DNA of 35,752 bases from Candidatus Muiribacterium halophilum (GCA_023228995.1 JALOAD010000034.1:1-35752); one strand, 5' to 3'; positions 1-9,219 are shown, counted from the first letter of the stretch. Numbers and translations are program-made. The notes: generated by a model not told the origin, from the sequence alone.

Positions 1-1049
1 TCTATATTCAACCGTTAGAAGATATTCTAACTTTCGGTTATGTTGAACAAGTATCAGACGAAAAGAACGACTTGGTATATTACGAAGTACGTAGATTCTT
101 AGAACTTATCTCAACTAACAACCCTAATATCTTAGAATTATTGAACTTACCAGATGAATGTATTGTTTATAAACATCCAGTTTATGACTTGATTCTAGAA
201 AATGGTGATAAGTTCATCTCTAAAATTTGTAAAAATTCTTTTGCAGGATATGCCATTGCTCAAATAAAAAAGGCAAGAGGACTTAACAAGAAAATTGTTA
301 ACCCTGTCGCAAAAGAAAAAAGAAATCCATTAGATTTCTGCTATGTTATTGAAGGACATTCTACTTATCCATTGAATAAATGGTTAGATGATAATGACTT
401 AGAACAAAAATTTTGTGGTATTGTAAATGTACCAAATGCTAGAGACATTTATGCACTTTATTATGATCGATATTCTCATAATGCGTTTTCTGAATTATCA
501 GAAATCGAAGATATTGAATATTATAAAGAACAATGCATCGAACAAAAAAAATTCTTACATTACAAAGGAATTGTAAAAGAACACGAAGATGGAAACTTTC
601 CATCTAATCAATTAAGGTTATCTTCTATTCCAAAAAGTGAAGAATCAATTTGTATTTTCTCTTTTAACCAAGACGGTTATACTAAGTATTGTAAAGATTA
701 CAAAGAATACTGGGATTGGGTTGAAAAACGAAATGAACATAGATATAATGACAATGCAAAACACGGAAAAGGTTACGATTCCAAGAATATGATGCATTGC
801 CACAGATTACTTGATATGGCTATTGAGATTGGATCTGGAAAAGGTATCAATGTCCGCAGACCTAATAGAGATTATCTTATGAATATTAGAGCAGGTGAAA
901 TGGATTATGATGTACTTGTTTCTGATGCAGAAAGAAAAATCGAACAAGTAGATGAAATGTTTGAAAAATCAAATTTACAGGACAAAGTATCATCTGAATT
1001 TGTTAATGATTTACTTCTTAAAATAAGAAAAGAATTTTATAATTTATAG
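1..1049 (+). CDS. 5'-truncated ORF running off the window start; possible predicted-nucleotidyltransferase-like protein (C-terminal part)
   Basis: The frame of track ORF 72..1049 stays open back to nt 3, so the gene starts upstream. The segment KHGKGYDSKNMMHCHRLLDMAIEIG resembles motifs I associate with PF10127-type predicted NTases. The family assignment is tentative. Confidence 0.5.
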   Translation, partial: YIQPLEDILTFGYVEQVSDEKNDLVYYEVRRFLELISTNNPNILELLNLPDECIVYKHPVYDLILENGDKFISKICKNSFAGYAIAQIKKARGLNKKIVNPVAKEKRNPLDFCYVIEGHSTYPLNKWLDDNDLEQKFCGIVNVPNARDIYALYYDRYSHNAFSELSEIEDIEYYKEQCIEQKKFLHYKGIVKEHEDGNFPSNQLRLSSIPKSEESICIFSFNQDGYTKYCKDYKEYWDWVEKRNEHRYNDNAKHGKGYDSKNMMHCHRLLDMAIEIGSGKGINVRRPNRDYLMNIRAGEMDYDVLVSDAERKIEQVDEMFEKSNLQDKVSSEFVNDLLLKIRKEFYNL

Positions 1050-1052
1050 TAA

Positions 1053-1092
1053 AAAAGGAGCCTAAAAATTTTTATTTGGGCTCCTTTTGCTG
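1053..1092 (+). terminator. Rho-independent terminator
   Basis: 10-bp stem AAAAGGAGCC/GGCTCCTTTT (1053-1062/1079-1088) with a 15-nt loop and a T-rich tail. It lies directly after the TAG stop at 1047-1049. Confidence 0.6.
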
Positions 1093-1100
1093 TATCTTTG
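1093..1100 (+). promoter_or_regulatory. Bacteroidota-type -7 promoter element TATCTTTG (TAnnTTTG)
   Basis: Matches the TAnnTTTG consensus 40 nt upstream of the ATG at 1141. Confidence 0.4.
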
Positions 1101-1140
1101 TATTAAGAAAAAAAATTATTAACATTTAATATATACAGAC

Positions 1141-1755
1141 ATGATTAAAATTTTACTTATTATCACAGCACTCGTAATTTTCTGGGCACTTTTTGGCAAA
1201 TGGATTATGAAATTATTAAATTTCTCATTGAAAGTTGCTTTTAGAGTGATTGCTATTATAATCGGTATTCTTTTAGTTTTAAGTCTATCAACAAAGGCTC
1301 AAACTGTAACATATGATGCTACATCAATTTGGTCAAATGTTGAAAAAGACCAAACGACAAAAATCATTGATTCACTCGTAATAGAAACTAGTAGAGTTGA
1401 TACAACAACCTATGAAAAATTCTGGGCTAACAGAGATGGTAGAACTAAACAATCTTTTGTACAATATTCTGAGGAAGTTGATGTGGATACAACAGAATAT
1501 GAAACAATTAGTGATGAAGAGTTGAAAGTGAAAATAAAAAGTACATACAATAATGTGTCAAATTTCTTTGATCAAGTAGTTGAAAGTGATGAATTTAAGG
1601 ACACTGAAAAAGATGTAATTGACTTCAGTAAAAAATCTATAACAACAATCGGTAAATATTCTCATATAATCTACATTGAAGGTAAAAAATACTATAAAAA
1701 CGGTAGTGAATGGTTCAATGAGGGCTGGGAAAAAGTGGAAGATCCAAGAAACTAA
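1141..1755 (+). CDS. membrane protein, hypothetical
   Basis: Track ORF. The N-terminal ~50 residues are strongly hydrophobic (two predicted TM helices), followed by a polar domain. Confidence 0.6.
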   Translation: MIKILLIITALVIFWALFGKWIMKLLNFSLKVAFRVIAIIIGILLVLSLSTKAQTVTYDATSIWSNVEKDQTTKIIDSLVIETSRVDTTTYEKFWANRDGRTKQSFVQYSEEVDVDTTEYETISDEELKVKIKSTYNNVSNFFDQVVESDEFKDTEKDVIDFSKKSITTIGKYSHIIYIEGKKYYKNGSEWFNEGWEKVEDPRN

Positions 1756-1771
1756 AAATAAAATTAACTAT

Positions 1772-2020
1772 ATGAATTGGGAAGTAACGTATGTAACATA
1801 CATTTTTAAAGACAAGAAGGGTAAAGAAATTGAAAAAACAAAGACTTACAAGGTGATGGGAGAGGACGTAGCTGAAGCCGAGAGAAACTTCCTAAACAAA
1901 AACATTAAATTCAAGAAAATTAAATCAATAGTCGAAGATAAAACCAACACTATTGGAAATATTTGTCCTGAATTATTAGAGATTAGAAATAAGATGTCTA
2001 AATCTGAGAAGAAGAAATAA
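1772..2020 (+). CDS. hypothetical small protein
   Basis: Track ORF 1676..2020 overlaps the previous gene. The in-frame ATG at 1772 (MNWEVTYVTY...) lies just after that gene's stop and is the more plausible start. Confidence 0.45.
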   Translation: MNWEVTYVTYIFKDKKGKEIEKTKTYKVMGEDVAEAERNFLNKNIKFKKIKSIVEDKTNTIGNICPELLEIRNKMSKSEKKK

Positions 2021-2705
2021 AATAATTTTCACAAATTTGTTCGATATTATTCTCGAACTTCTGAACAACTTCGTTGCTTAGTGACGGAGTTTTTTTGTTT
2101 TTAATATTTCTCTTTATTCTTTTAATAACCATATTCGTTATATGTTTAAGAGATATTGTAATAAGACCCATAGTAGTACTGATAGTTGCGCCTTTTGGAT
2201 TAGTCATTATTTCATCAAAGTTATCAAAACCAATTTGGTATAATTTTATTACATCTAATAAACCAACCAAAAATGGAACAAATAATGCAGTATATGAAAA
2301 CATATCAACGACACCACTAATAGTTCTACCTAATATTTCACCTGTTTTTTCAAATAATTTAGTTAGATTTTTCATAGCATCCATAAAATTATCAACTAAT
2401 GATGATAAACCTCTTTCTTTAACAACATTCTGTAATTTCTCAATATTTTCTCTACTTTCTTTCATCATTATAGTTAAACCACAAATAACTATTAATACTA
2501 CATCTGTATCAGTTATCGTATTCTTTATTTGACTTGTTTTAACTATTGTATCAAAAAATGGGAATAATGCTGTGATTGCAGTTCCAAAAGTTGCAGCGAA
2601 ATATAAGTTAATACCCAATTCGTCTAATACTTTTTTCTGTAATTTACTAAACTTATTAAAAAATAATCCTTCGTTTATTTCATTGTATGTCTTTAATGTT
2701 CTCAT
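1998..2705 (-). CDS. hypothetical protein
   Basis: 235-aa minus-strand ORF with protein-like composition. The overlapping + strand ORF 2074..2532 is low-complexity and hydrophobic, which is typical of an AT-rich shadow frame. Confidence 0.55.
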   Translation of the reverse strand: MRTLKTYNEINEGLFFNKFSKLQKKVLDELGINLYFAATFGTAITALFPFFDTIVKTSQIKNTITDTDVVLIVICGLTIMMKESRENIEKLQNVVKERGLSSLVDNFMDAMKNLTKLFEKTGEILGRTISGVVDMFSYTALFVPFLVGLLDVIKLYQIGFDNFDEIMTNPKGATISTTMGLITISLKHITNMVIKRIKRNIKNKKTPSLSNEVVQKFENNIEQICENYFISSSQI

Positions 2706-2847
2706 TTGATACTCTTATTTTGGTTATTTTTATATATTAAATTTTGTTTTCTAAAAAACTTTACATATTTTTGTGAATACAAAACAAAACGGTATGAAAA
2801 ATAATGAAGAAATTATAAGAATAATTTTTTATTTTCAGGAAACACCG

Positions 2848-2855
2848 TATATTTG
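2848..2855 (+). promoter_or_regulatory. -7 promoter element TATATTTG
   Basis: Exact TAnnTTTG, 34 nt upstream of the ATG at 2890. The following gene has no SD. Confidence 0.5.
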
Positions 2856-2889
2856 TACAAATATTTATTAACTATTAAAATCGAAAAAT

Positions 2890-3747
2890 ATGGCTCGTGC
2901 AAGAAAAATTGAACAAATCTATGATAAGAATGCAATCTTTGGTACTCTCGACAAATTAGCTCTTTCGAGAAAGGACAACAACATTCTTACTCATTTTGAT
3001 GGCAGACTTATTGCCAATACGCTTGTTACTAACAAGTATGAACTTTTCGACTTTCCTACTTTTGCTAAAGATGTTATTGAAGAAGTTGAAAATTATTTCT
3101 CACCTGAAAAATACAATCTACGTATTACAAAAGGCACCCAAGAACTTCGTCTTATTGGTGAAGAAGTTCTAATCAATGGTGACCGTTACTCCAAAATGTT
3201 TAACATTCTCAACTCAACTGATAAGAGCCGTGCTCTTCAATTGAACGTTGGTCTTATCCGTTTCATCTGTACTAACGGTATGGTAGTTGCTGCAGATAAC
3301 GAATATGCTGGTCTTAAAACAAAACACTTTAAGGCAACACTTCCTGAGAAAGTTCAAACTTTCGTTGAAAGTCTTGATACATTCGAGATGAATATCAACA
3401 AACAATCTGAAACACTTGAAAACCTTACTGGTCGTTTCGTTTCTTTCAGAGAATTAGCTGAAAAAATCGCTATGGACGAAGACGGTGTAATTAAAGACAG
3501 TGGCGCATTGAAATTACGTGCTTTCGCTAAGAAACTTCTTTCTTCCGAAACTGATGCCCTTGTGGATCTTCACTCAGAACAAGAAGCGTTGCTTAGAAAT
3601 GCTAATATGTTCTTAAACCCAGAGTTCAAGAATGTTGATATTGAGATGCCTGCTTACAACGCATTAAACTGTTGGATAGAAGTTTATAGAAACTATGATT
3701 CTTCTGTACTTAAAAGAGAAACTAACAGAATTCTCGAATTAGTATAA
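2890..3747 (+). CDS. hypothetical protein (monocistronic unit with its own promoter and terminator)
   Basis: 285-aa track ORF flanked by a TATATTTG element and a strong hairpin terminator. I cannot place it in a family with confidence. Confidence 0.6.
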   Translation: MARARKIEQIYDKNAIFGTLDKLALSRKDNNILTHFDGRLIANTLVTNKYELFDFPTFAKDVIEEVENYFSPEKYNLRITKGTQELRLIGEEVLINGDRYSKMFNILNSTDKSRALQLNVGLIRFICTNGMVVAADNEYAGLKTKHFKATLPEKVQTFVESLDTFEMNINKQSETLENLTGRFVSFRELAEKIAMDEDGVIKDSGALKLRAFAKKLLSSETDALVDLHSEQEALLRNANMFLNPEFKNVDIEMPAYNALNCWIEVYRNYDSSVLKRETNRILELV

Positions 3748-3754
3748 ACTTATT

Positions 3755-3790
3755 GGTGGTCGTATGTTATGCGACCACCTTATTTATTAA
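3755..3790 (+). terminator. Rho-independent terminator
   Basis: GGTGGTCG/CGACCACC 8-bp GC-rich stem (3755-3762/3772-3779) with a 9-nt loop, then TTATTTATT. Confidence 0.65.
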
Positions 3791-3811
3791 CCTTATAAAA
3801 AATACAAAATT

Positions 3812-3979
3812 ATGTTGAATCCTATTGGAATGACTGTATTCTTCTTACTACTTGTTGTGGTATTAGTTTTTTGGATGTATAAGAGTTCTAAAGATGGTAA
3901 AAAAGATTTACTTGACGAACTTTGGAAGAACGAAGAAATCAGTGATGATACGTACAAAAAGTACATGGACAAATTTTAA
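3812..3979 (+). CDS. small membrane protein with SHOCT-like C-terminus (55 aa)
   Basis: ATG at 3812 and TAA at 3977-3979. The N-terminal TM segment is MTVFFLLLVVVLVFWMY. The tail LLDELWKNEEISDDTYKKYMDKF resembles the SHOCT short C-terminal domain. The ORF is below the track's length cutoff. Confidence 0.4.
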   Translation: MLNPIGMTVFFLLLVVVLVFWMYKSSKDGKKDLLDELWKNEEISDDTYKKYMDKF

Positions 3980-4035
3980 ATATTTATTTACAAACAATTT
4001 ATTTACAAACTTTTATTTATTAATTAACAAATTTT

Positions 4036-4390
4036 ATGAATTTTATGAAAAATTTAACTCGTAGTCAAAAAAGACTTTTAAAATTAGGTGGAACTGTATT
4101 AGCAGGTGTAATCTTATTAGTAATTATCCTTTCGACTTGTTTGGTGACAATCGAACCAGGTGAAAAAGGAGTATTATTCTACAAATGGGGCGATGGTCTC
4201 GACAAAGAAACAGTTTATGATGAAGGTGTTCATTTCGTGTCTCCTTGGAACACAATGATTATTTATGATGTTCGTTAAGCACGGAAGAGAATTTGAACAT
4301 TTAGACACAAATGGTTGTGAGTTGGATGTTACTAATGTTGATGATAAACACTTGCCTTTTTATGAGTGGTTTGCAAAGTATTACACATAA
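4036..4390 (+). pseudogene. SPFH/band-7 (HflK/C-, stomatin-like) family gene, N-terminal fragment
   Basis: Track ORF 4036..4278 carries an N-terminal TM helix plus IEPGEKGVLFYKWGDGLDKETVYDEGVHFVSPWNTMIIYDVR, a canonical SPFH domain start. It stops at 4276-4278. A +1 frame continues REFEHLDTNGCELDVTNVDD...FAKYYT to about 4390, still SPFH-like, so the gene is frameshifted and then broken. Confidence 0.6.
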
Positions 4391-4496
4391 CAGACAGCAA
4401 TATGAAACGTGCGGAATTTAGCATTGCCCTTACCACGAAGCACAAAAAAACAAAACAATTTTTAGGGCGGGATTTTAAAACTTAAATTTTATAGAT

Positions 4497-5096
4497 ATGA
4501 CAAACTCAAAATTACATGCGAAACGAGAGCTGGAGTTACTCGAAAAAACAACTCCTGATGCAATAATTACACCATTCAAAAACGAAATACTTGCTTTATG
4601 CGAGGCGTTTGGTAAAAGTGGTCAAAGTGGTGGTTCTGCACCATTTACGGCAACAGCGATATCTCAGGCAGTAAAAAAGCTAATGATGTTTGAAACACTT
4701 GCTCCATTGACTGGTGAAGATAGTGAATGGGAAGATATAAGTGAATACAGTAACGGAGAATCAATATTTCAGAATAATCGTGATAGTCGTGTTTTTAAAA
4801 ATGGTAAAGACGGACAAGCATATTTCATTGAAGCTATTGTTTTTGATGGAGATATTGGTGGAAGATTTACCGGAAACGGAAGTGTAACTCATAATGGAGA
4901 GAATATTAGCAGTAGCCAATATATTAAAGAGTTTCCGTTTATTCCAAAAACATTTTACGTTGATGTGATTGACCACAGATGGGTAGATAAAGAAGAAAAA
5001 ACACCTGATGAAAACGGTGACTGGTGGACGCATTCAATTAAAGACGAAAATCAATTGAATGAAGTATTTGAGTACTATGATAAATTGACTTCTTAA
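4497..5096 (+). CDS. hypothetical protein
   Basis: 199-aa track ORF with no recognised motif. Confidence 0.5.
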   Translation: MTNSKLHAKRELELLEKTTPDAIITPFKNEILALCEAFGKSGQSGGSAPFTATAISQAVKKLMMFETLAPLTGEDSEWEDISEYSNGESIFQNNRDSRVFKNGKDGQAYFIEAIVFDGDIGGRFTGNGSVTHNGENISSSQYIKEFPFIPKTFYVDVIDHRWVDKEEKTPDENGDWWTHSIKDENQLNEVFEYYDKLTS

Positions 5097-5186
5097 ATGT
5101 GCGTGAGGAAAATTGTTTTGTTTTTCTCTTTCGGATTAGCACAGACCTTGAAACGAAGCACAGCACTAAGCATGTTTTATATTGCA

Positions 5187-5217
5187 TGTTGTGCAATCGT
5201 TTTAATGTTGCACAACA
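5187..5217. repeat. perfect 10-bp inverted repeat TGTTGTGCAA-N11-TTGCACAACA
   Basis: Read directly from the sequence. It lies in the intergenic region upstream of the ATG at 5262. It could be an operator or a hairpin. Confidence 0.5.
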
Positions 5218-5290
5218 TAGCATTTACGAATGTTTTAATTAAAAAAAACAAAAAACAAGATATGAATAAAATATTTAATGACAATGCAAT
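5218..5290. repeat. direct repeat copy 1 (~73 bp) covering an upstream region plus the first 10 codons MNKIFNDNAI
   Basis: Near-identical to 5972-6043. The only difference is a 1-nt length change in an A-run. Confidence 0.7.
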
Positions 5291-5447
5291 CAAAGTTAAT
5301 GAACTTGAAAAGAGAGTTATAAAACTTGAAAAATTAGTTGCTCAATTAGTAGCAATAGAAACTAATAAACAACGTGAATTTGAAGCCTACGAAGAATTTG
5401 AAAGGCTTAGAGATGAGGCAAGTTCTCAAATAGGACACGACATGTAG
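5262..5447 (+). CDS. small coiled-coil protein (61 aa)
   Basis: ATG at 5262, in frame with track ORF 5097..5447. The heptad-like segment VNELEKRVIKLEKLVAQLVAIE suggests a coiled coil. The N-terminal 10 aa are identical to those of the methyltransferase at 6015. Confidence 0.45.
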   Translation: MNKIFNDNAIKVNELEKRVIKLEKLVAQLVAIETNKQREFEAYEEFERLRDEASSQIGHDM

Positions 5448-5471
5448 CACTTGCCACTAAAGATTGAAATT

Positions 5472-5957
5472 ATGAAAAATTTAGAAAACAAAGAAATACT
5501 TTCAGATAATATTTTAAACGCAATTTCGCTGATTATAAAACAAACACCAACTGCCGTTTTTGGCGGTTCAATTGCCTTAAATGCTGTTGGATTAATCAAT
5601 AGACCTATTTCTGATATTGATTTGTTTTTTGGAATGAATGAAAGTTTATCTAAAAATGGATATTTATCGATTAGAACTATGGGTGAAATAACTTCCGATA
5701 CGGTTACTAATACAAATGGAATTGAAATACAAAGAACTGGGGCTAAAATCGCAGGGGTAAAAACCTGTTGTTTTAAAGTACCTGATGAAGAATTGCAATG
5801 CTCAAAACATAAATTTGAAAGGAATGGAATAGAATTTACCATTTATATTCAAAATGTGAATTACGCAATTGAGGCGAAAAAATCTTATTCAAGTCGAAAC
5901 CCAAAACACAAAACAGATTTGGAAACTATCTCGAATGTGTTGGACAGTCTTTTTTAA
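5472..5957 (+). CDS. minimal nucleotidyltransferase (pol-beta superfamily NTase fold)
   Basis: VFGGSIALNAVGLINRPISDIDLFF fits the h-G-[GS]-x(9-13)-D-h-D-h NTase signature. ATG at 5472 is in frame with track ORF 5451..5957, whose own start is a TTG. Confidence 0.55.
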   Translation: MKNLENKEILSDNILNAISLIIKQTPTAVFGGSIALNAVGLINRPISDIDLFFGMNESLSKNGYLSIRTMGEITSDTVTNTNGIEIQRTGAKIAGVKTCCFKVPDEELQCSKHKFERNGIEFTIYIQNVNYAIEAKKSYSSRNPKHKTDLETISNVLDSLF

Positions 5958-5971
5958 GGCTGTGCATAACC

Positions 5972-6043
5972 TAGCATTTACGAATGTTTTAATTAAAAAA
6001 ACAAAAAACAAGATATGAATAAAATATTTAATGACAATGCAAT
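5972..6043. repeat. direct repeat copy 2 (~72 bp)
   Basis: Near-identical to 5218-5290. It includes the start codon of the methyltransferase gene at 6015. Confidence 0.7.
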
Positions 6044-6704
6044 AGCAATTATGGATAGAATGATTGCAAAAGATTACAAAGTGGACTTAGTTGTAACAGA
6101 CCCACCATATCCTACAACATCAAGAGGTTGTGCAGGTAATAGCGGTGGGATGCTACAAAAAGACATTAACAAAAAAGGTAAAGTATTTGAAAACAATGAT
6201 ATTCACGTAAAAGTTTGGGGAGAAAAACTATATCAAATATTAAAAGAAACAGGACATTGTTACATTATGACTAATCATAAAAACTTGCAAGAGTATCTGA
6301 ATGTTTTAACAGACATAGGTTTTCACTTCATAAAAAGTTTAATTTGGGATAAAGGAAATAAAATAATGGGGCAATATTATATGAGCCAATTTGAGTATAT
6401 TTTATTTTTTAGAAAAGGTGCTGGAGTGAAAATAAATAATTGTGGAACTGCTGATATACTTTCAATACCAAATAAAAAAACAAAAGACAATGAAGGTAAA
6501 AATATCCACGATACAGAAAAACCTATTGAGTTAATGAGAATACTTATTGAAAATTCATCAAAAGAAAACGAAATAGTATTTGAACCATTTATGGGTGTAG
6601 GTGCTACTTGTATAGCAAGTTTATTATCAAACAGGCAATACATAGGAGTAGAACTTGATGAAAATTATTTTAAAATTGCAGAAGAACGTATTAAAAAAGC
6701 ATGA
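6015..6704 (+). CDS. DNA methyltransferase, beta-class N4/N6 (PF01555-like)
   Basis: Motif IV VVTDPPY is N-terminal, and motif I EPFMGVGAT...YIGVELDENYF is C-terminal. That order is the beta-class arrangement. Confidence 0.8.
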   Translation: MNKIFNDNAIAIMDRMIAKDYKVDLVVTDPPYPTTSRGCAGNSGGMLQKDINKKGKVFENNDIHVKVWGEKLYQILKETGHCYIMTNHKNLQEYLNVLTDIGFHFIKSLIWDKGNKIMGQYYMSQFEYILFFRKGAGVKINNCGTADILSIPNKKTKDNEGKNIHDTEKPIELMRILIENSSKENEIVFEPFMGVGATCIASLLSNRQYIGVELDENYFKIAEERIKKA

Positions 6705-6770
6705 AAAGAAAAAGATTTAAAATCAATGACTCTGTTTGGTGAAGAAATAAAAATAATTAAATAATAAAAT

Positions 6771-7483
6771 ATGAATTTAATAAATGGAGAAGCAGTAGAA
6801 CAATTAAAATTGATACCCGACAAAAGTGTTGATTTTGTATGTATTGATCCACCTTATGAATTAGATAATCACGGTGGTGGAAAGACTGATTTTGCACAAC
6901 GGAAATTAGTAAAGGACTTGCATATTGATTTTATAAGCAATGGTTTTGAAATGGAAAAAGTATTTACTGAAATTGAAAGAATAAGTAAAACTATGAATAT
7001 GATTTGTTTTTGTTCAAATAAGCAAGTTTCTAAAATTATGAATTATTGGGAACAAAAAAGTATTCAGTTACTTTATTGGTGTGGCAAAAATCAAATCCTG
7101 TACCCTTTGGTAATGGTAAATATATTTCTGATTTAGAATTTATGATTTATGTAAGAGGCAAAAAAGCTATATACAATAATACAGGTTATAAAAATCAACT
7201 TAAAGTATTTAACTATCCAGCACCAAGTTCAAAAACAAGAATACACCCAACTGAAAAACCTATTGAATTATTAAAAAGATTAATTGAAATACATTCAAAT
7301 AAAGGTAGTGTTGTTTTAGATTGTTATGGCGGTAGTTTTTCAACGGGGTTAGCTTGCATAGAATTAGGACGTGAATTTATAGGGATAGAAATTGATGAAG
7401 AAATTTTTAATTCAGCAAAAAAGAGGATGGAAGAAAAAATAAAAGAAAAAGATTTACAAGCAGGAACTCTATTTAACTTGTAA
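6771..7483 (+). pseudogene. DNA methyltransferase, beta-class N4/N6, interrupted by a frameshift in an A6 run (~7054-7059)
   Basis: Track ORFs 6771..7136 (VCIDPPYEL) and 7046..7483 (TLLVWQKSN..., motif I GGSFSTGLACIELGREFIGIEID) are two halves of one gene. Alignment to the 6015 paralog places the shift in the run aacAAAAAAg. Confidence 0.65.
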
Positions 7484-7495
7484 GTAAGAAACAAA

Positions 7496-7636
7496 ATGAG
7501 TAAAGAAAACAAAACTTTAGATAAGCAGAAAAACAGCAATGAAACAAGTACTTTCATTATTGCACCAAACGTTCGTCCCTTAGTATTGGTACTAACATCG
7601 ACATATCGTAAAACCACCCGCCAGAAGGCGGGGTAA
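7496..7636 (+). CDS. possible small ORF (46 aa)
   Basis: ATG at 7496. The ORF ends inside the GC hairpin at 7617-7632. Support is weak. Confidence 0.25.
   Translation: MSKENKTLDKQKNSNETSTFIIAPNVRPLVLVLTSTYRKTTRQKAG
7617..7632. other. GC-rich hairpin CCCGCC-agaa-GGCGGG
   Basis: A 6-bp all-GC stem is conspicuous in an AT-rich background. The + strand tail is A-rich and the - strand tail is UGGUUUUAC. It may act as a terminator or RNA stability element after the methyltransferase cluster. Confidence 0.35.
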
Positions 7637-7647
7637 AACAAAACAAC

Positions 7648-7914
7648 ATGAATATATATTTTGGTAATGTAACATTTAACAAGGTTTTAGAAGAAACTGG
7701 ATACAAACTTACAGAAGAAGATAAAAAGCTATGGGATAAATACCATAGTGATAAGGCTGATTTGTCAGAAAAAGAAAGCTGTTTTCATATTTTTAGTATG
7801 CCATTAGAAATACACTTCAAGGGTGATGAAGCAAAAGAAGCCTTATTAAAAATGTTTACCCCTGATAAATGTGTAGAGGCTAAAGGATACTTTAACGTTA
7901 TTAGGAAGGAGTAA
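7648..7914 (+). CDS. hypothetical protein
   Basis: 88-aa track ORF. Confidence 0.5.
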   Translation: MNIYFGNVTFNKVLEETGYKLTEEDKKLWDKYHSDKADLSEKESCFHIFSMPLEIHFKGDEAKEALLKMFTPDKCVEAKGYFNVIRKE

Positions 7915-8136
7915 AGTAGTATTACACACAACAACGGACGAGTGTATGGAAAGTAAGCCATGCACAACTTAAAAACGTTCAGGAATATTTCAGAGGGCTT
8001 ATTGATACAAGTGATATAGATGAATTAGTTGGAGATCCTAATGATGATGAGAGTGGTACAATTGGTGGTTTTACAAAGAAAACAAGAAATTTAGAAGGTG
8101 TTGAAGATAAGATTTCAAATAAAAAATAAACATTTT

Positions 8137-8675
8137 ATGATTGGACACTTACATGGTGATGTCGGTAAAGATATAAAAATATTATCGTTATACCATATCC
8201 AAGAAACGTAGTAAGAGAAGTAACAGGTCAATTTACTGCAGAAGAATTATATTCTACTAAACGTGACCAACTTCAATCTCAATGTGAAGAAATGTTAATG
8301 GAGAAATTCAAGGATAAAAACATCATTCTATTAGATGTACTTATTCGTGACGTAAATCTTCCTAAGAAAATTAAAGATGGTATTGAAGCAAAAGAGTCTC
8401 AGAAACAAAAGAACGAACTTGCTGAAAAAATCAATGCTGAAAAAGAATTCCTTGCTAAAGCAGCTATTACAGAAGCAGAAGGTATCAAACAATCTAATAT
8501 TCTTGTTGCTCAAGGTGAAGCTGAAGCAATTAAGTTGAAACAACAACAACTTAGACAATCACCACAATATATTGAATATATTAAGTGGCAAGGTTACGCT
8601 TCAAGTGGCAAATCACCATACGGAGATAATAACGTATTCGGTGGAAATACTTCAGTAATCAAAGGATTGAAGTAA
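8137..8675 (+). pseudogene. SPFH/band-7 family gene, C-terminal fragment
   Basis: Track ORF 8292..8675 contains ILLDVLIRDVNLPKKIKDGIEAKESQKQ...AEGIKQSNILVAQGEAEAIK, a canonical SPFH C-terminal region. The same frame is open from 8169 (NIIVIPYPRNVVREVTGQFTAEELYSTKRDQL). A further SPFH-like stretch lies in another frame from 8137, so a second frameshift is present. The fragment complements the N-terminal piece at 4036. Confidence 0.6.
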
Positions 8676-8688
8676 TAAAACTTAATAA

Positions 8689-8717
8689 GGTGTGGTGTGA
8701 AAGCCACACTTTATTCT
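8689..8717 (+). terminator. Rho-independent terminator
   Basis: GTGTGG/CCACAC stem with a short loop, then TTTATTCT, directly after the TAA at 8673-8675. Confidence 0.5.
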
Positions 8718-8746
8718 AATCATTTAATCATTAATAAAATATAATT

Positions 8747-9058
8747 ATGAAAAACTTTTACAAAAGAAACAGAAGAATTATTGGAATCGGAATCTTAGTT
8801 GTTATAACAATGTTATTTATGACAAGTTGTGCAGATGTTACAAACATTGATGAATGTAGAGTAGATGACCCTTACGGTTTTTGGGGTGGTTTGTGGCATG
8901 GTTTAATTGCATTCTTTTCATTTTTCGGATCATTGTTTTCAGATGATATTGCTGTATATGCAGTAAATAATAATGGTGCATGGTACGATTTTGGTTTCGT
9001 ATTAGGTTCAGGAATTCTTGGTTTTGGTGCAAGTTCAAGCACTCGAAAAAGAAATTAA
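8747..9058 (+). CDS. small membrane or lipoprotein-like protein
   Basis: The N-terminus has a basic region, a hydrophobic region, and a lipobox-like MTSC. Gly-rich hydrophobic segments follow. Confidence 0.5.
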   Translation: MKNFYKRNRRIIGIGILVVITMLFMTSCADVTNIDECRVDDPYGFWGGLWHGLIAFFSFFGSLFSDDIAVYAVNNNGAWYDFGFVLGSGILGFGASSSTRKRN

Positions 9059-9219
9059 AAAAGTTTTCTTTTTATGAAACTTTTTTTAATATATTGAGTA
9101 TAATATAGGCTGGACAAATTTGTTCGGTTTGCAATAAATTGATGATGAGAAACAAAGGAATATTAATCTAAAGTCACTGGTCTTTCACCTTTATTAGTAG
9201 AGATATTTTATTTCTATGT

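Noticed and set aside
2074-2532. + strand ORF of 152 aa antisense to the 1998..2705 gene
   Set aside because: Extremely hydrophobic, low-complexity (I/L/F-rich) translation, typical of a shadow frame in AT-rich DNA. The minus-strand product has normal composition.
7920-8129. Open frame-0 stretch of about 70 codons between 7648..7914 and the SPFH C-terminal fragment
   Set aside because: It contains no ATG, GTG or TTG start codon and shows no SPFH similarity. It is probably a decayed remnant within the disrupted SPFH locus.
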